64,000 bases of DNA. Origin: Azolla caroliniana (taxonomy: Eukaryota > Plantae > Polypodiophyta). Within the stretch, counting starts at the first letter, position 1, and each line of letters starts with the position of its first letter. The DNA lies in NCBI GenBank assembly GCA_043228905.1, contig JBHGNT010000007.1, positions 12,462,001-12,526,000 of the forward strand, read 5' to 3'. The notes under the pieces were generated by a model. That model searched no databases, was not told the DNA's origin, and saw only the letters and a list, made by a program, of their open reading frames with translations. Below are positions 52,162-64,000 of the stretch, one piece after another. The translations under genes were made by a program, and so were the position numbers.

Positions 52162-54323
52162 CATCGTATTCAGTGATCACAAGAATCTTGCCTACTTCCA
52201 AAATGCTCGCGTATTAAATAGACGACAAGCTCAGTGGCCCAATTCCTCACTCGTTTCAACTTCAAGATTACATATCGTCCGGGCAAGCAACAGGGGAAGG
52301 CGGATGCATTATCACAACGCTCATATATAGTTCCTCGTCATGGTGATCCAACCTTCGACAATCAGCAAGTAATCCTGGGTCCGGCACGACTTCAAGCAAC
52401 GTGGGTCTTTGACACTCCATTGGATTCCCGCATTATCGATACCATACGGGATGATTTGAAGACGGATGTTTTCGCTCAAGCTATTCTAGATCAAATCGAT
52501 CCTTCTTGGGCATCTTGTTCACAATCACAACAACCAGGTATACATTATCAACAATTCAAATGTCATAATGGATTACTCTTCTTTAAGAAACTTTTCTATG
52601 TTCCCAATGGTTCGTGCCGCCTTCAAATAGTACAAAATTGTCATGACACATACACAGCCGAACATTTGGGTAGTACTAAGATGTTGGATTTAGTAAAACG
52701 ATCATTTTCGTGGCCTCATATGAAAAGATTTGTCGAAGACTATGTTCGGACATGTGATACATATTGTAGAGCGAAGATGTCGCAACATCACCCATATGGT
52801 TTGTTGGAGCCATTACCGATCCCAAGCAAACCATGACAATCTATTTCTCTCAATTTTATTACAAATCTTCTAGACTCGAGGGGCTTCAATGCAATATTAA
52901 TAGTGGTAGATCGATATACTAAGATGGCACATTTCGTGCCCTGTACTAAGGAAATCACTAGTGAAGAAACTATTGGAATTGTTATGCATGAAGTATTTCG
53001 GCATTGTAAAAAGTAGCGTGCGGAAGCAAGTATGAAGACGGAACAGAAGGAAGGAAACTCAGGTTCAATGGAGAGCTTGAGCTTAAACGGTATACGCGGG
53101 AGAGACAGAGAGAGTGAGAGAGAAGACACAAAAACTATATTCAACAATAATACTCTGTCTGTACATAAGACGTGCTCAGTGAACACTTTTATACAAGTCC
53201 TAGAAGGACTGACCGAAGTACTGACAGTACTTCAATGCTCATCAAGAGCTCCTACACTAACTCCCAAATATATTCTTCACGGAATATCTTTCCTAACGAC
53301 CTCCCGGTTTACGCACTCGGCCTAACCGATCGGTCCCAACCGATCCGGTCCTCGGCTTCTTCAGCCGATCCGGCCGATGTTGAGCTTGTCTCTCAACAGG
53401 CATCATGATCTTCTTGACAATATCATCAGTGATTGTGGACCGCAATTCATCTCTAAAATTTGGAAGCATCTCTTTTAAATGCTCAAGGTCACCTGCAATC
53501 TCTCCTCCGGCTATCATCCCCAAACAAATCGACAAGCAGAACGTACCAATCAAATGTAGGAACAATATCTTTGGTGTTTCCTAAGCTATCAACAAAATGA
53601 TTGGGCAGATATTCTACACTTTGCTGAATTTGTTTATAATAATTGTATCCACTCCTCTACTAGGGTTACACCATTCTATGCTTATATCGGCTATCATCCT
53701 CGCTGGTGTGTGATAGAAACTCCTGAGTTACCTAAAAATCCTAGTGCAGAGGATCATTTGGAGCGGTTACGACAAATTCAGGTAGAAATACCTACATCGT
53801 GCCCAACAAACACAGAAGGACTATGTGGATCGTCATCGGCTTCCATCCTCTTTTAATATTGGAGATTGAGTATGGCTATTACGACGACACATCAAGACTA
53901 CTCGACCGTGTGACAAACTGGATGATCAATGGTTAGGCCCTTTCCGTATTAACAAAAAAAATTATGATGTTACTTTTCGCTTTGATCTACCTCCGCAACT
54001 ACAGATACATCCAGTATTTCATAGTTCTCTCCTAGAACCCTTTCAAGACAGCACTATCCCAGATCGTATTACACCACCTCCACCCCCGATCGAACTTGAA
54101 GATGGACCTGAGTACGAGGTTGCTGCCATCCTCGACTCCAAGCTTGTTCGCAACAAGCTCTATTATTTGGTCGATTGGCTAGGATATAGTCCAAGCGAGC
54201 GTACTTGGGAACCAGTGACGAATTTGGCGAATGCTTGAGCTGTTCTTGAAGACTTCCATCGTCAATATCCGAACACACCAGGTTCTCAATCAGAAACGAC
54301 TCATCATTTAAAAAGGGGAGTAG
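52162..54323 (+). pseudogene. Element D RNase H end, integrase and chromodomain
   Basis: SDHKNL, YRPGKQQGKADALS, HHCC, GYHPQTNRQAERTNQ, IHPVFHSSLLEP and a chromodomain. Confidence 0.88.
53005..53398 (-). mobile_element. Solo LTR (394 bp) inside the D integrase
   Basis: TG...CA with TSD GGCAT (53000-53004 / 53399-53403). Orientation is inferred from similarity to the start of the LTR at 5315. Confidence 0.88.
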
Positions 54324-54761
54324 TGTCATGATATAGCTCCAAAAGGATTCAAACCCATGACCTTGTGTTACATGGGTTGAACCCTTACCATTAAACCATG
54401 CATTGTAATACAAATAATATTATTTTTATTTATTATTTCACCATAAAAATTCATCTATATTCTAGATTACTCTGGAACATTCTAGAAACTTCAGGAGTAC
54501 TCTTGAGAGTATTATAAATAGAGACACGTGGCATTATTTAGAACCAATTCGGTTCAACGCCAGTCTTAAGCCTCCTAGTTGTTCTTATATCTTTCTTCAT
54601 ATAATATAATATACTTCTTGCTGTCATCATTCTCTCTCTAATCTCTCTCTCTCTCTCCCTCTTGTGATTCTCACACACTCTTTCCCTTCTTAGTACTAAG
54701 CCTCACTCTTCTCCTCTATCTTTCGTACTAATTCTCCTTGCCTCTAGTACTATCCCTAACA
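54324..54761 (+). repeat. 3' LTR of element D
   Basis: It follows the PPT, runs TGTCATG...CCCTAACA and has TATAAATA at ~54513. Confidence 0.85.
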
Positions 54762-55690
54762 GAGGATAAGTTTTCGGTGGCAAGAAAACAAGTGCTTGAC
54801 GAAGATTTTCCCATGCCCGAAATATTCCATTAAAAAAACGTAACGATCCAATATTGGACTTAGGCAATGGAAAATCTGCATTAAAGAACCATGTAAGACT
54901 ATCATTGCGTTGACCACCTACTAATGGCTTGACCTTATGCAAATGCCGAATGCATAGCTTTTTCCATAACTCCTCTCCTGTCAATAAACTCCTAACAACA
55001 TGCTTAGAAAGTAAGGCTTTACTTTGCATAAAAGGATCAATCAAACCTAGACCTCCTTTTTGTTCAGATTGTATAAGAACTGACCAAGCTACCTTTGCTA
55101 CTGAATTGTCTGAAATGGTGTTCCCCCAAATAAAATTCCGTACTAGGTGTTGAACTTTAAGCATTATTGACCTAAAAAACAGCCATGTAGATGCTACATA
55201 CCAAATCGAGGACAAAAGCATTGAATTAGCTACAACTATACGTCTTGCTAAGGATAGCTTTTCCTTATTCCAATATATTAGCTTATTCCTTAATCTTAGC
55301 AACAAGGGTGCAATCATATCCTCCGCCTTTAATCCCAAACCCACTCTACAACCTAAATACCTAATGGGTTGAACTTGAGGTATCCAAGTGAATCTTGAAG
55401 AAGGTACATTAACTGGTGGATCTCCCGGGGCGACCCAAAAACCTGATGATTTATCCCAATTTATCAATGCACCAAATGCATCTGAGAAATCATCCACAGC
55501 CTTTTGCACTTGTGACAATTTTAATTGTGAGGCCTAAACATATAGAGTTGTATCATCATCAAACTCGCTATCCACGCCAACATTTGACACTGGTAGTGCT
55601 AACCCTTTAATATTTACATATTGAGAATTTAGATGTACAGAAAATGCTTCAGATATTAGTAAAAACAGGAAAGGAGCAAGTGGACATCCT
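54762..55690 (-). mobile_element. LINE (L1/Tx1-like) RT fragment
   Basis: Motifs GCPLAPFLFLL, EFDDDTTLY, IRYLGCRVG, LSLARRIVVANSMLLSSIWY, VAWS and KGGLGL. Confidence 0.88.
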
Positions 55691-56004
55691 AATGCATATT
55701 AGAGATAACAAGTAACAACTTGCTATCTCGAATGCATATATATATATATGATGACATTTACATTGTCATCTTTCTCATTAACCTTCATTTAGATGATTCA
55801 AATATCTATATTAGGAAGATTTTCTTGACTATTTTTTATATGACTTGGGGTTATCAATAATACATTAGTAGTAAACCATGTTTCTATTGACTTATGCACT
55901 TGGGTTTCAAATCTCAATATATGTGTCAATTAATATTTGGGAGATGCCATTGTAGAGTGGAAGTGTCATATGACGTTTTGGTCTCAAAGCTTGATTGAAT
56001 ATGG

Positions 56005-56047
<43 letters not shown>

Positions 56048-56228
56048 AATGAACCTTCACATTCTTATACGTGTACCCACCACCCACACCGAGACACACA
56101 AAACTTCCTTCTTCTTTGTGTACATACATATATTTGTGTATACATAGTACATGTATATATATGGACATATAGAGTATGTATATATACATTTATGTATGTA
56201 TGTATGTATGTATGTATGTTATGTATAT
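56005..56228. repeat. Microsatellites (TA)n, (TG)n, (TATG)n
   Basis: Directly visible. Confidence 0.9.
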
Positions 56229-57135
56229 AAGCATATATAGCTCTACGTGTACATGATGATGTACATATGGGAAAGAGAGTGAAATCATTCATCATCATCC
56301 TTTCTGCCTTTCTCTTCTCGCTTTGCTTTTCTTTTTTGTTACCTTGGGGCTGCAAGCAAAAAACCAGAAAGAAACCGAAGGAACGAAGACCCATCGATAT
56401 ACAGAGAGATTTACTCAACCCCCACACAACTAGGTATGCCTTTAATGGTTCCAGAGCGAGAAATGGTCATCTTTTCTTAACTCAGGAACAGGGCAGAGGT
56501 GGTACTTTTCGAAAGGTCATATTTCTTTTGAAGGAATCAGACCTTTGCTTTTGTTTCTCTGCATATAATTAGTGTTTTCCTTGGTAACTTTGCGAGTAAT
56601 TAGTGATTGTATGTGTACCCTCTTCTACTCACATGTGAATTGCCAAAGAAATTTGCGAGATTGGACTCAGATTTTGAGGATGCTGATCTAGAGGAAATGG
56701 ATACACTCTTCTTTTGAAGCTTTATAATTTAAGCACATTTTAAAAGATTTTATCTTTGGATTCTGTGTGGAAGGAAGGAAGGGAATTCCTTCGATTGTAA
56801 AAGGTCTGCTAAATTGTTTTGTCAAGGATTTTCTGAATCTATGTTCATGGAGGGGCTGCTTATATACATTCTTTTGAAGTTTTTCTTCGAAACGGAATCA
56901 CTTATTCGCAAAAGGGGTGGAGAGAGGGCTTGACTTTTGCAGAAAAAAGGTGGATCATGTTTTTTGTTGCTTGAGGGGGATCTTCCATTTTTCTTACAAG
57001 AACAGTAAAGCGTATCTTGGGGGTTGGCTAGCAACTGGTCATGCTCTGATCAACAGGGCCAAAGGGGTGAAATATATACATATCTGTAAGTTTTTATAGC
57101 AAAAATCAGCCACCGTGGATAGGAAGGCAAGAATT

Positions 57136-60032
57136 ATGAAAGGAGCACATAGTCGGTGGCGATCCGCACGGAATCTTTTGTGGCTTTCCAACAATCGAAT
57201 CCGATTCCTTATGGGCATGTGTGTGCTCCTAGGGCTTTTCGCTCTTGCCGGACGAATCTCGTCAATCATGGGTTGGCAACCTCATACTCGAGAAAAGGAC
57301 AGGTAAATCTTATTGACAACACAATATTGGAAAAAGTTTATTCATTACGTTCTTTTGGCAGATAGAATGTCATCTAGTTCCTAATGCAGCTTCAGAGGTT
57401 CATCAACTTCTGAGGATCATGTCCATATGTATTATGTTATCATGAAATCATGACCATATGCATTATGTTGTTGCGGATGTGATTTATGTGTTATGCTGTT
57501 TGTTTGTGTCTTTATATATTCGTAAGAGTGTCCTTGCAGCAGTTTCTTTGAGAGTCATTTGATTACATTATATTATTAAGCAAGTCCTAAAATTTATGCA
57601 TTCTTTTTCTTTTTCTTTTTCTACAGACAGGAGCGCTTCACTGTTATCATCAATACATGGAGGCGTCCGGACTTATTGAAGAAATCCATACAACACTATT
57701 CTTTTTGTCCTAATGTTGATGCTATACGAGTTGTATGGAGCGAGTCCACCGATCCGCCCTCTGGCACATTGCTAAATGACCTTCGATCATCAGTGAAAAC
57801 AGCTTCTCGTAAATCCACACACACTATAAAGCTCAAGATTGACATGCATGATGAGGATAACCTCAATACAAGGTTTAAGCCCCTCGATGATCTAGCAACA
57901 GATGGCATATTCTCTGTGGATGATGACGTCGTAGTTCCGTGCGACACTTTGGCTTTTGCATTCACTGTTTGGTCTAGTGCTCGAGAAAGCATGGTGGGTT
58001 TTGTGCCAAGAATGCATTGGCTGCAGCAAGAGGTGTGTTCTGCTGATTTTGAGAATTAATCTGTGGAGAGCACCAAAATACCTCTAACTTGTTGGCTACT
58101 ACAGAGGTGTATTCCGCTGATTTTGAGAACTTTGGATTATTCTGGTAAATACCCAACAAGCTCGGGGCATTTTGGTGTTTTGCCGAACAAATGTCTTCCG
58201 AATCAGTTTTTCGTCTTTGCTGAACATCGGAAAACTTCTGATATACATTTTGTAGAAACACGAGTCAAATCACTTGCAATATTCATATGGTGGCTGGTGG
58301 TCTGTGTGGTGGACTGGAACATACAGTATGGTTCTATCTAAGTGTGCATTTTTCCATCAGAAATACCTTGATCTCTATACTAATCACATGCCAGGTCAGA
58401 TCAGGGATTTTGTGACTAAGGAAAGGTTGGATGATTGTGTTGATTATTAGCTCATTCAAAATTGTTTGCTTCCAACATTCAAAATAATCTTATCTTTATT
58501 CTGTTTTCAAATTTATAGAAATTGCGAAGACATTGCAATGTCATTTCTTGTTGCTAATGCTACCGGTGGTCCACCCATTTGGGTAAAAGGTAATAGCAAA
58601 CCTTGGCATTTACTTGTTCATACTTTGGCAATATATAAATTTCACAAGTGTAAAGTTTTGCCTGCTGCCTGTTGACAAAAGACAGTAATGATATCCAATG
58701 TAATAGAATTTTTCAAGCAATTTTCTAGAAAATAGTTTTCTAAGACATGAACAGAGATGCTGTAACATCTGCCTGATGCTATGGGATCTTTGTACTAGGA
58801 TCTGTAAAAGCATATATATTATATATATATTTATATACATTATAGATGTAAATATGTATACGTATGTATATAGTTCATAATGTCAAGGTTACATGTTTGA
58901 TGTAGGCTAATGTCTTCTTGTATAGTCATTGGTTGAAGTTTATTGTCGTATTAAAAAATAATCAAATTTTTAGAATGTTTCAAAAATATTGATCTACGTA
59001 GTGTGATGTACGTCATTGTCATTACCCAAACATAAATTATTATAGCTGGTTGTTTCTCTGAGCAAATGTGTTATGAACGGGACGGGTGCCTTTCTCAATC
59101 TTTTATGCAACTTCAATTTTTTTTATAATATTTTCATCATTAGGATGACAAACTAAGCAAGATAGTGCCCTTCGAGTGCACATATTTACACTTGTGCAAG
59201 TATTGAATCAACACCAACACAAAGGTCGAACAAGCGACTTATATTGCAAATGCATGGTGTGCTTGAAGATACAGAAATAATGGGAGGTTTTATGTCATCA
59301 TTGCATGTACACCATGTATCTAGCCGCATTAAATCCTCGTCTCCTAAAGTATCCAATCACATAGTCAATGCTATTTATATTAAGTTTATGAAAATGCAAT
59401 AAATTGCCTCTCTGTTATAAGCTTACTTCAACCTTTCAAGGTATATAATAGCTTTATTGCATATCATTGATTATTTTCCAACAAGCCTAAAGTTCTTATT
59501 GGAATATTGACTATGCAATCAGTAGTCACCTAATTCTTCCTAAAGTTTTAAAACATATAAGAGCGAAACACCAATGCACTATTAATGCTTCTCTCTAACT
59601 ACTTTAGGCATAACCCTAGGGACCAATTTTTTGTGAAGCTAATTTTAATGGTTTACGGGTAGGGTAAGTGGGAAAGAACTCAGGATAAACCCATAATATT
59701 TGGAAAATGGAAATGTAGGGATATTCTAGTGAATAACCAACAAGCTGGAGGGGTATATGTTGGTGATTTACTATCGTTCTATTTATCTGCAAAATCTGTT
59801 ATGATGACCACACCTTTTTACTGAGCACAATGAATCTCTCTTAAGCAACTGGTTTTCTTATTTATCTGCAGGGAAGCTGTTTGAGATTGGCACAAGTGGT
59901 ATTAGCAGCCTGACCGGACACAGTGAGCACAGGACTGCATGCTTGAATGCGTTTGTCGAGATGTATGGGCACATGCCACTTGTCCCCAGCAATGTGAAAG
60001 CAATGAATGCACACAAAACATGGTTCTGGTGA
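57136..60032 (+). CDS. EPC1: Glycosyltransferase family 64 (EPC1/GMT1-like), join(57136-57302, 57627-58032, 58256-58425, 58519-58589, 59872-60032), 324 aa
   Basis: An intact frame over four GT-AG introns with an N-terminal TM helix. Motifs FTVIINTWRR, LNTRF, FSVDDD, VGFVPRMH, YGGWWSVWWTGTYSMVLSK, RNCEDIAMSFLVAN and GISS..H...R..CLN. Probable 5' UTR introns lie at 56433-57099. Confidence 0.93.
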
Positions 60033-61940
60033 GGGATAAGTACAAGGAAAAGAATAATTTGTTTTCTTTTTCTTTTGTTGTCTTCTTTGTTGAGGAATTT
60101 ACCAAGAGGTTATACACATACACTTCATTCCTCTGGACTGTACTATAACCCTTGTGACAAAATGTGGGTTGTTTTTGTATACAAGAAAAAAAGAGAGGGA
60201 TTTCAGTTGGATAGGTGTCGGATATTCATACACAATATATTTTTTACAAAGCATATCTATTGGGAGGAACTTTGTGCCTTTTTCGTAGTAAATTTGAGGG
60301 TTTTTTTCATTTCAGAATATATATGTATATATATGTGTGTGTATATATATGCGCACACGCACACACAACATATTCCTTGGAGATGATATTCTAATATGTC
60401 AAGCCATTGGATGGGAATCTATGAAGTTGGAAGAAACAGGCAAATTTAGTGCTTGTTTTCCTCTAATTACTCGATATAATAAGGTTGCATTTTAAGTTGA
60501 GTTGATGACCATATGATGCTTTATTACACAGTGCCATTGAGATCTTACCAATTTTTTAAAAATAGCTTAATGATTTTCCTCTAGTGCTAATTGATGTTGG
60601 CAGTGTGTCTAGCCTAGAAATTCTTTACAAGTTATCTCGGAATAAAATTACATTAATATACTCTCATCTTACATTGTAAGATTCAAATGTGGTCTTTATT
60701 GAGAGGTGTCCTCATCTATTGTAATGGCTTTTATGAAGGAGATATGTTCACAAGCTCTGATTCATTTAATGATGTATAACAAAGTGATGTATGTATATGT
60801 ATAGAGAGAGAGACACACACACACACACACTCTCATCTTACGTGACATGATTGTGTAGTGTGTTGGAGATGTGTAGTTGATGGAGTGATATTCATATTGA
60901 TGTGTATGAATAGGCTTGCATTTCTTTTATTTTCACAGAAAGTACTCAAAAATGAAGTTTTTTTTATTATGTAAATGCAATGATACAGGCACAATCCTTG
61001 AAGATTTTGAGTGTGCCTTGAGGTTATTGAATTTGTTATTGGATAACAGCTACTTTTGTTGGGGTTAACCATGGTAATAGCTCATAACTTATGTATCAAT
61101 GTGAGAGCATTCAGTCATTCATAATATTTGGTCTTTGAGTTAAAGTCTATGATCGGTCACCCTTGTTCTTCAAGAAAGTGTTACATACAAAATTGATCTC
61201 TCTTTTAATAGCTTATGCTGCGATGTATTGACAAGCATAAAGTGATAGTAGACATGTCAATGAGCATAATAAACACTTGCACATGCACACATGTTATTGA
61301 AGTTGAGAAAGTAAAGTCATTGCATTTAACATGGCTGCATTGTATTTTCATAGATGATTACCATAGGTGAAGCAATACGAAGAGTAAGACTTGTGAATGA
61401 AATCAACAATATGGAACTCGAGAAGCCACTTATAAGTGCAACCTCTACCCTGGGCATTTAATAGAGGCTAAAAAAGGTTTGTGTGACAATGCCTCATTAT
61501 AAGGATACTTACAAATTGTGTGCTTTGATTTGGTTTGGTGTGGCACAAACTTGGGAGCCATGGAGTGAGCAGACAAAACATGCATGAAGATAATACGGAA
61601 CAAAGTTATGGCATGTAAGATGTGACCCTTGGTCCCTTGGCAAAATAATCAAAATTCGAGCTAGTCACTTGTGGGTGACTATACAAATGTATGTGAGTAG
61701 TTTGTCTATTAGAAAACGATAGGCTATGCGGGTTGGTTTAGTTCAAAAACTGCAACATGTAGCATCTCAATCTTGATGATGGTGGACTAGAAATATGTAG
61801 TGAATGTTGCCAAAATGGTGTGGTGGTTGCGGCCGGCCTCCAATCCAGTCCTCCATTTTGGTGGGCCCACCACACCCAAGGCAACCCTCGTTCTGTTCCG
61901 TCCCGTCCGGATGGGGGTGTTGGTGTTGCAATAAATACAT

Positions 61941-62119
61941 ATGTATGTATGTATGTATGTATGTACATACACATACATACATACATACACATGTAGTAAG
62001 TAGGAATTATATGTGTGAACTTGAAGGAAGGTCAAGGAAGGCCAAATTAAATGAAGTGTGTCCCGTCCGTCTTTCTCTTTCCTTAAAAGTTAAAAGACAA
62101 AACAAACAGACAGACAGAC

Positions 62120-62143
<24 letters not shown>
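61941..62143. repeat. Microsatellites (TATG)n/(CATA)n, (CAGA)n, (GA)n
   Basis: Directly visible. Confidence 0.9.
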
Positions 62144-62150
<7 letters not shown>

Positions 62151-62226
62151 ATGAGAAGAAGCAGAACGAAGGAAGTAACCAAGAAACAAAATTTACGTCT
62201 TCTGCAGGCTTCTCTATCAGGTATGT
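62095..62226 (+). other. Probable first (5' UTR) exon and splice donor of a downstream host gene
   Basis: A GA-rich leader ends in CAG|GTATGT at 62220/62221 and is followed by T-rich intron-like sequence. No coding exon was recognised. Confidence 0.35.
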
Positions 62227-64000
62227 ACTAATAATATCCATGGTCTCATCTTCCAATCATTTTTCTTCATTTCAATGGAAAGCTCCTCCAATCTCAGACT
62301 CGATCTGTGGTGGTGGTGCCTTTTGTATCTATATCTGTGTATTTGTGTTTGGATTTGTATGTAATTCTATTTTTTTCCCCTCCTAGCTTCACTTTTTTGC
62401 AAATTAAGCTTCGTAATCAGAGCTTGCTGATGAAAACATTTCCGCGTTCACATGCGCTTTCTTAAAAATCAAGAGAAAAACTGTTTTTCGAAGTAAAATA
62501 AGTTGTTTTCATGTTCATTGTCTGCCGGACTTATTTATTACCTTGCTCTTCCTTCGCTTCTTCATGGAGAGAGCAAGTTCGTCCATTCTGCTCGCCGAAT
62601 CTGTGGTGCAGGCAGGATAAGCAAATCTCTCTTGCAAAATCTTAAGGAAATCTTAAAAGAATTCCTTGGAACTGTGATGATCTAAATTCCTTTGCATGGA
62701 AAAAGGTTTTCTTTCAAAATATGTCAAGGCAATTCTGTCAAACCATGGTAATTTAGTTTTTCTGCATTAAAAACAACTTTCTTTCACAAACTTAGGTATG
62801 TTCAAAATGTAGTAAGAACGACAAAAACCTGTAGTGGCAGACACATACATATCTAATATATCTTGCTGAACTACTTATTTGGCATACGGTTGAAGCATCT
62901 TAATTCTCAACCATGCTGAAGGCTCATCTATGTGTATGTAATTTGGCATACTTTTGAAGCATCCTAATTTTCAACCATGCTGAAGTTTCATTCATACTTT
63001 ATTTGATTTCACTCTTATTCACTTCGTACTTATTCTCATATTCATACCTTTTCTATTGACATATTCTTGTGCCTTTCTCCCTCTTATCTTATAGTTACCT
63101 CTACTATTATAACTTTTAGTTTTCACTCCTAATACTACATGGAAATCCTTATATTCATAATTCTTAGCTTATCCTTGCTGCTATTTATGTTGTTGATCTC
63201 CATCTTAACTCTACTCTCAACACTCAGCAGTACTAAGAATAAAATGGATAGCTAGACAATGTTGAAGATAACCGTTATCATGGAAAACATACAAGAAGAC
63301 CTTTATTTGGTGGTTTTAGTGTCAGTGCCTCAATCCCCCCATCGAATGGAATTGGGCACGAAATAAGTATCAAAGAAATGCATAAAAATGTTCTCATATG
63401 TACTTGACATACATGTAGGTGTTGGTCTAGTCCTGACACCGTGCTCTCCCTCGAGAAGCAAATAAAAAAGTGGAGTATACCATGTTAGGAAAAGGACAAT
63501 CACATTTTCAAGCATTGGGCTAATGTTGACATGTTACCTTCCTTTGTGACATGATAAAACGAAAACCATTTATATGGGTATGTGGCACATGAGACTTGTG
63601 TATGATTAAGTCTCTGAATAGTGACCTAGGGATCATTTTTGGGTCTGATTCTTTTGTCTTAAAGTGTGAATGGTTTTCTCTCAGGGAATCAAAATATTTA
63701 CCCTACTCAACAACTCTTTTAAGTATCATCAATTTAAGTCTAAGATTCCTTGAAACATGGACCGCTCTTAAATGGCAGATGAAATATTTCTTCCCCCATG
63801 AGGGTCATAGAGAATTAATTTCTATGTCATGAAGTTTCTGAGTACTCAATTGTGCACAACAATTCTAGGTGTATGCTTTTCTCTTGCTAGCAGATTTCCT
63901 CAGTTGATTGTTAGTCTTGCGTACCTTTCTTGGGGGGATTCCCACAAACTTTGGTGACAATTGACAAACTTTGGGAGAGGGCTTCAGTGACCATTCGTGC

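Larger units (their letters stand above)
6244..54761 (+). mobile_element. Chromovirus (Tcn1-like Ty3/Gypsy) element D, 5'-truncated, host of the nest
   Basis: Zinc knuckle and protease lie at 6244-6940. RT LRLVVDY at ~7300 continues as RGLNKVTIRNRHTLPL at ~45915 across element C. Integrase at 52234-54060, chromodomain EYEVAAILDSK...YLVDWLGYSPSERTWEP at ~54110-54270, PPT AAAAGGGGAG, then the 3' LTR. That the part after 52162 belongs to the same copy is inferred. Confidence 0.8.

Noticed and set aside
60033-64000. Short ORFs downstream of the GT64 gene
   Set aside because: They are low-complexity or microsatellite-derived with no recognisable domains, consistent with UTR, intergenic and intron sequence.

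Overview
This is eukaryotic land-plant DNA, probably from a seed-free plant such as a fern or lycophyte (inferred from the retroelement lineages). The first ~55.7 kb is a deeply nested transposon island and the rest is host sequence. Nesting resolved from LTRs and TSDs: LINE fragment <- chromovirus D (6244-54761) <- tRNA-Trp-primed Gypsy C (7322-45913) <- Athila-like Gypsy B with an extra ORF (7742-36721). B in turn holds a 12.2-kb Sola2-like DNA transposon (9015-21231) and a young chromovirus E (25081-32274). Also present are a truncated second copy of family B (1-5314), a gag-only LTR element F (47069-50514), solo LTRs and LTR debris. The host part holds an intact five-exon GT64 glycosyltransferase (EPC1/GMT1-like, 57136-60032). 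The most notable observations are: (1) the Sola2-like element carries convergent accessory genes (a RING-H2 protein and an FCP1-like pseudo-phosphatase), and its two long introns are filled with arrays of the palindrome GCTAATTAGC that also marks its ends; (2) element B has an inverted tRNA-Arg PBS-like sequence where the polypurine tract should be; (3) three different LTR families carry antisense tRNA-like A/B-box modules; (4) both Trp-primed elements made 4-bp CCGT target duplications. All calls were made by eye from the sequence and ORF track; no database searches were run.
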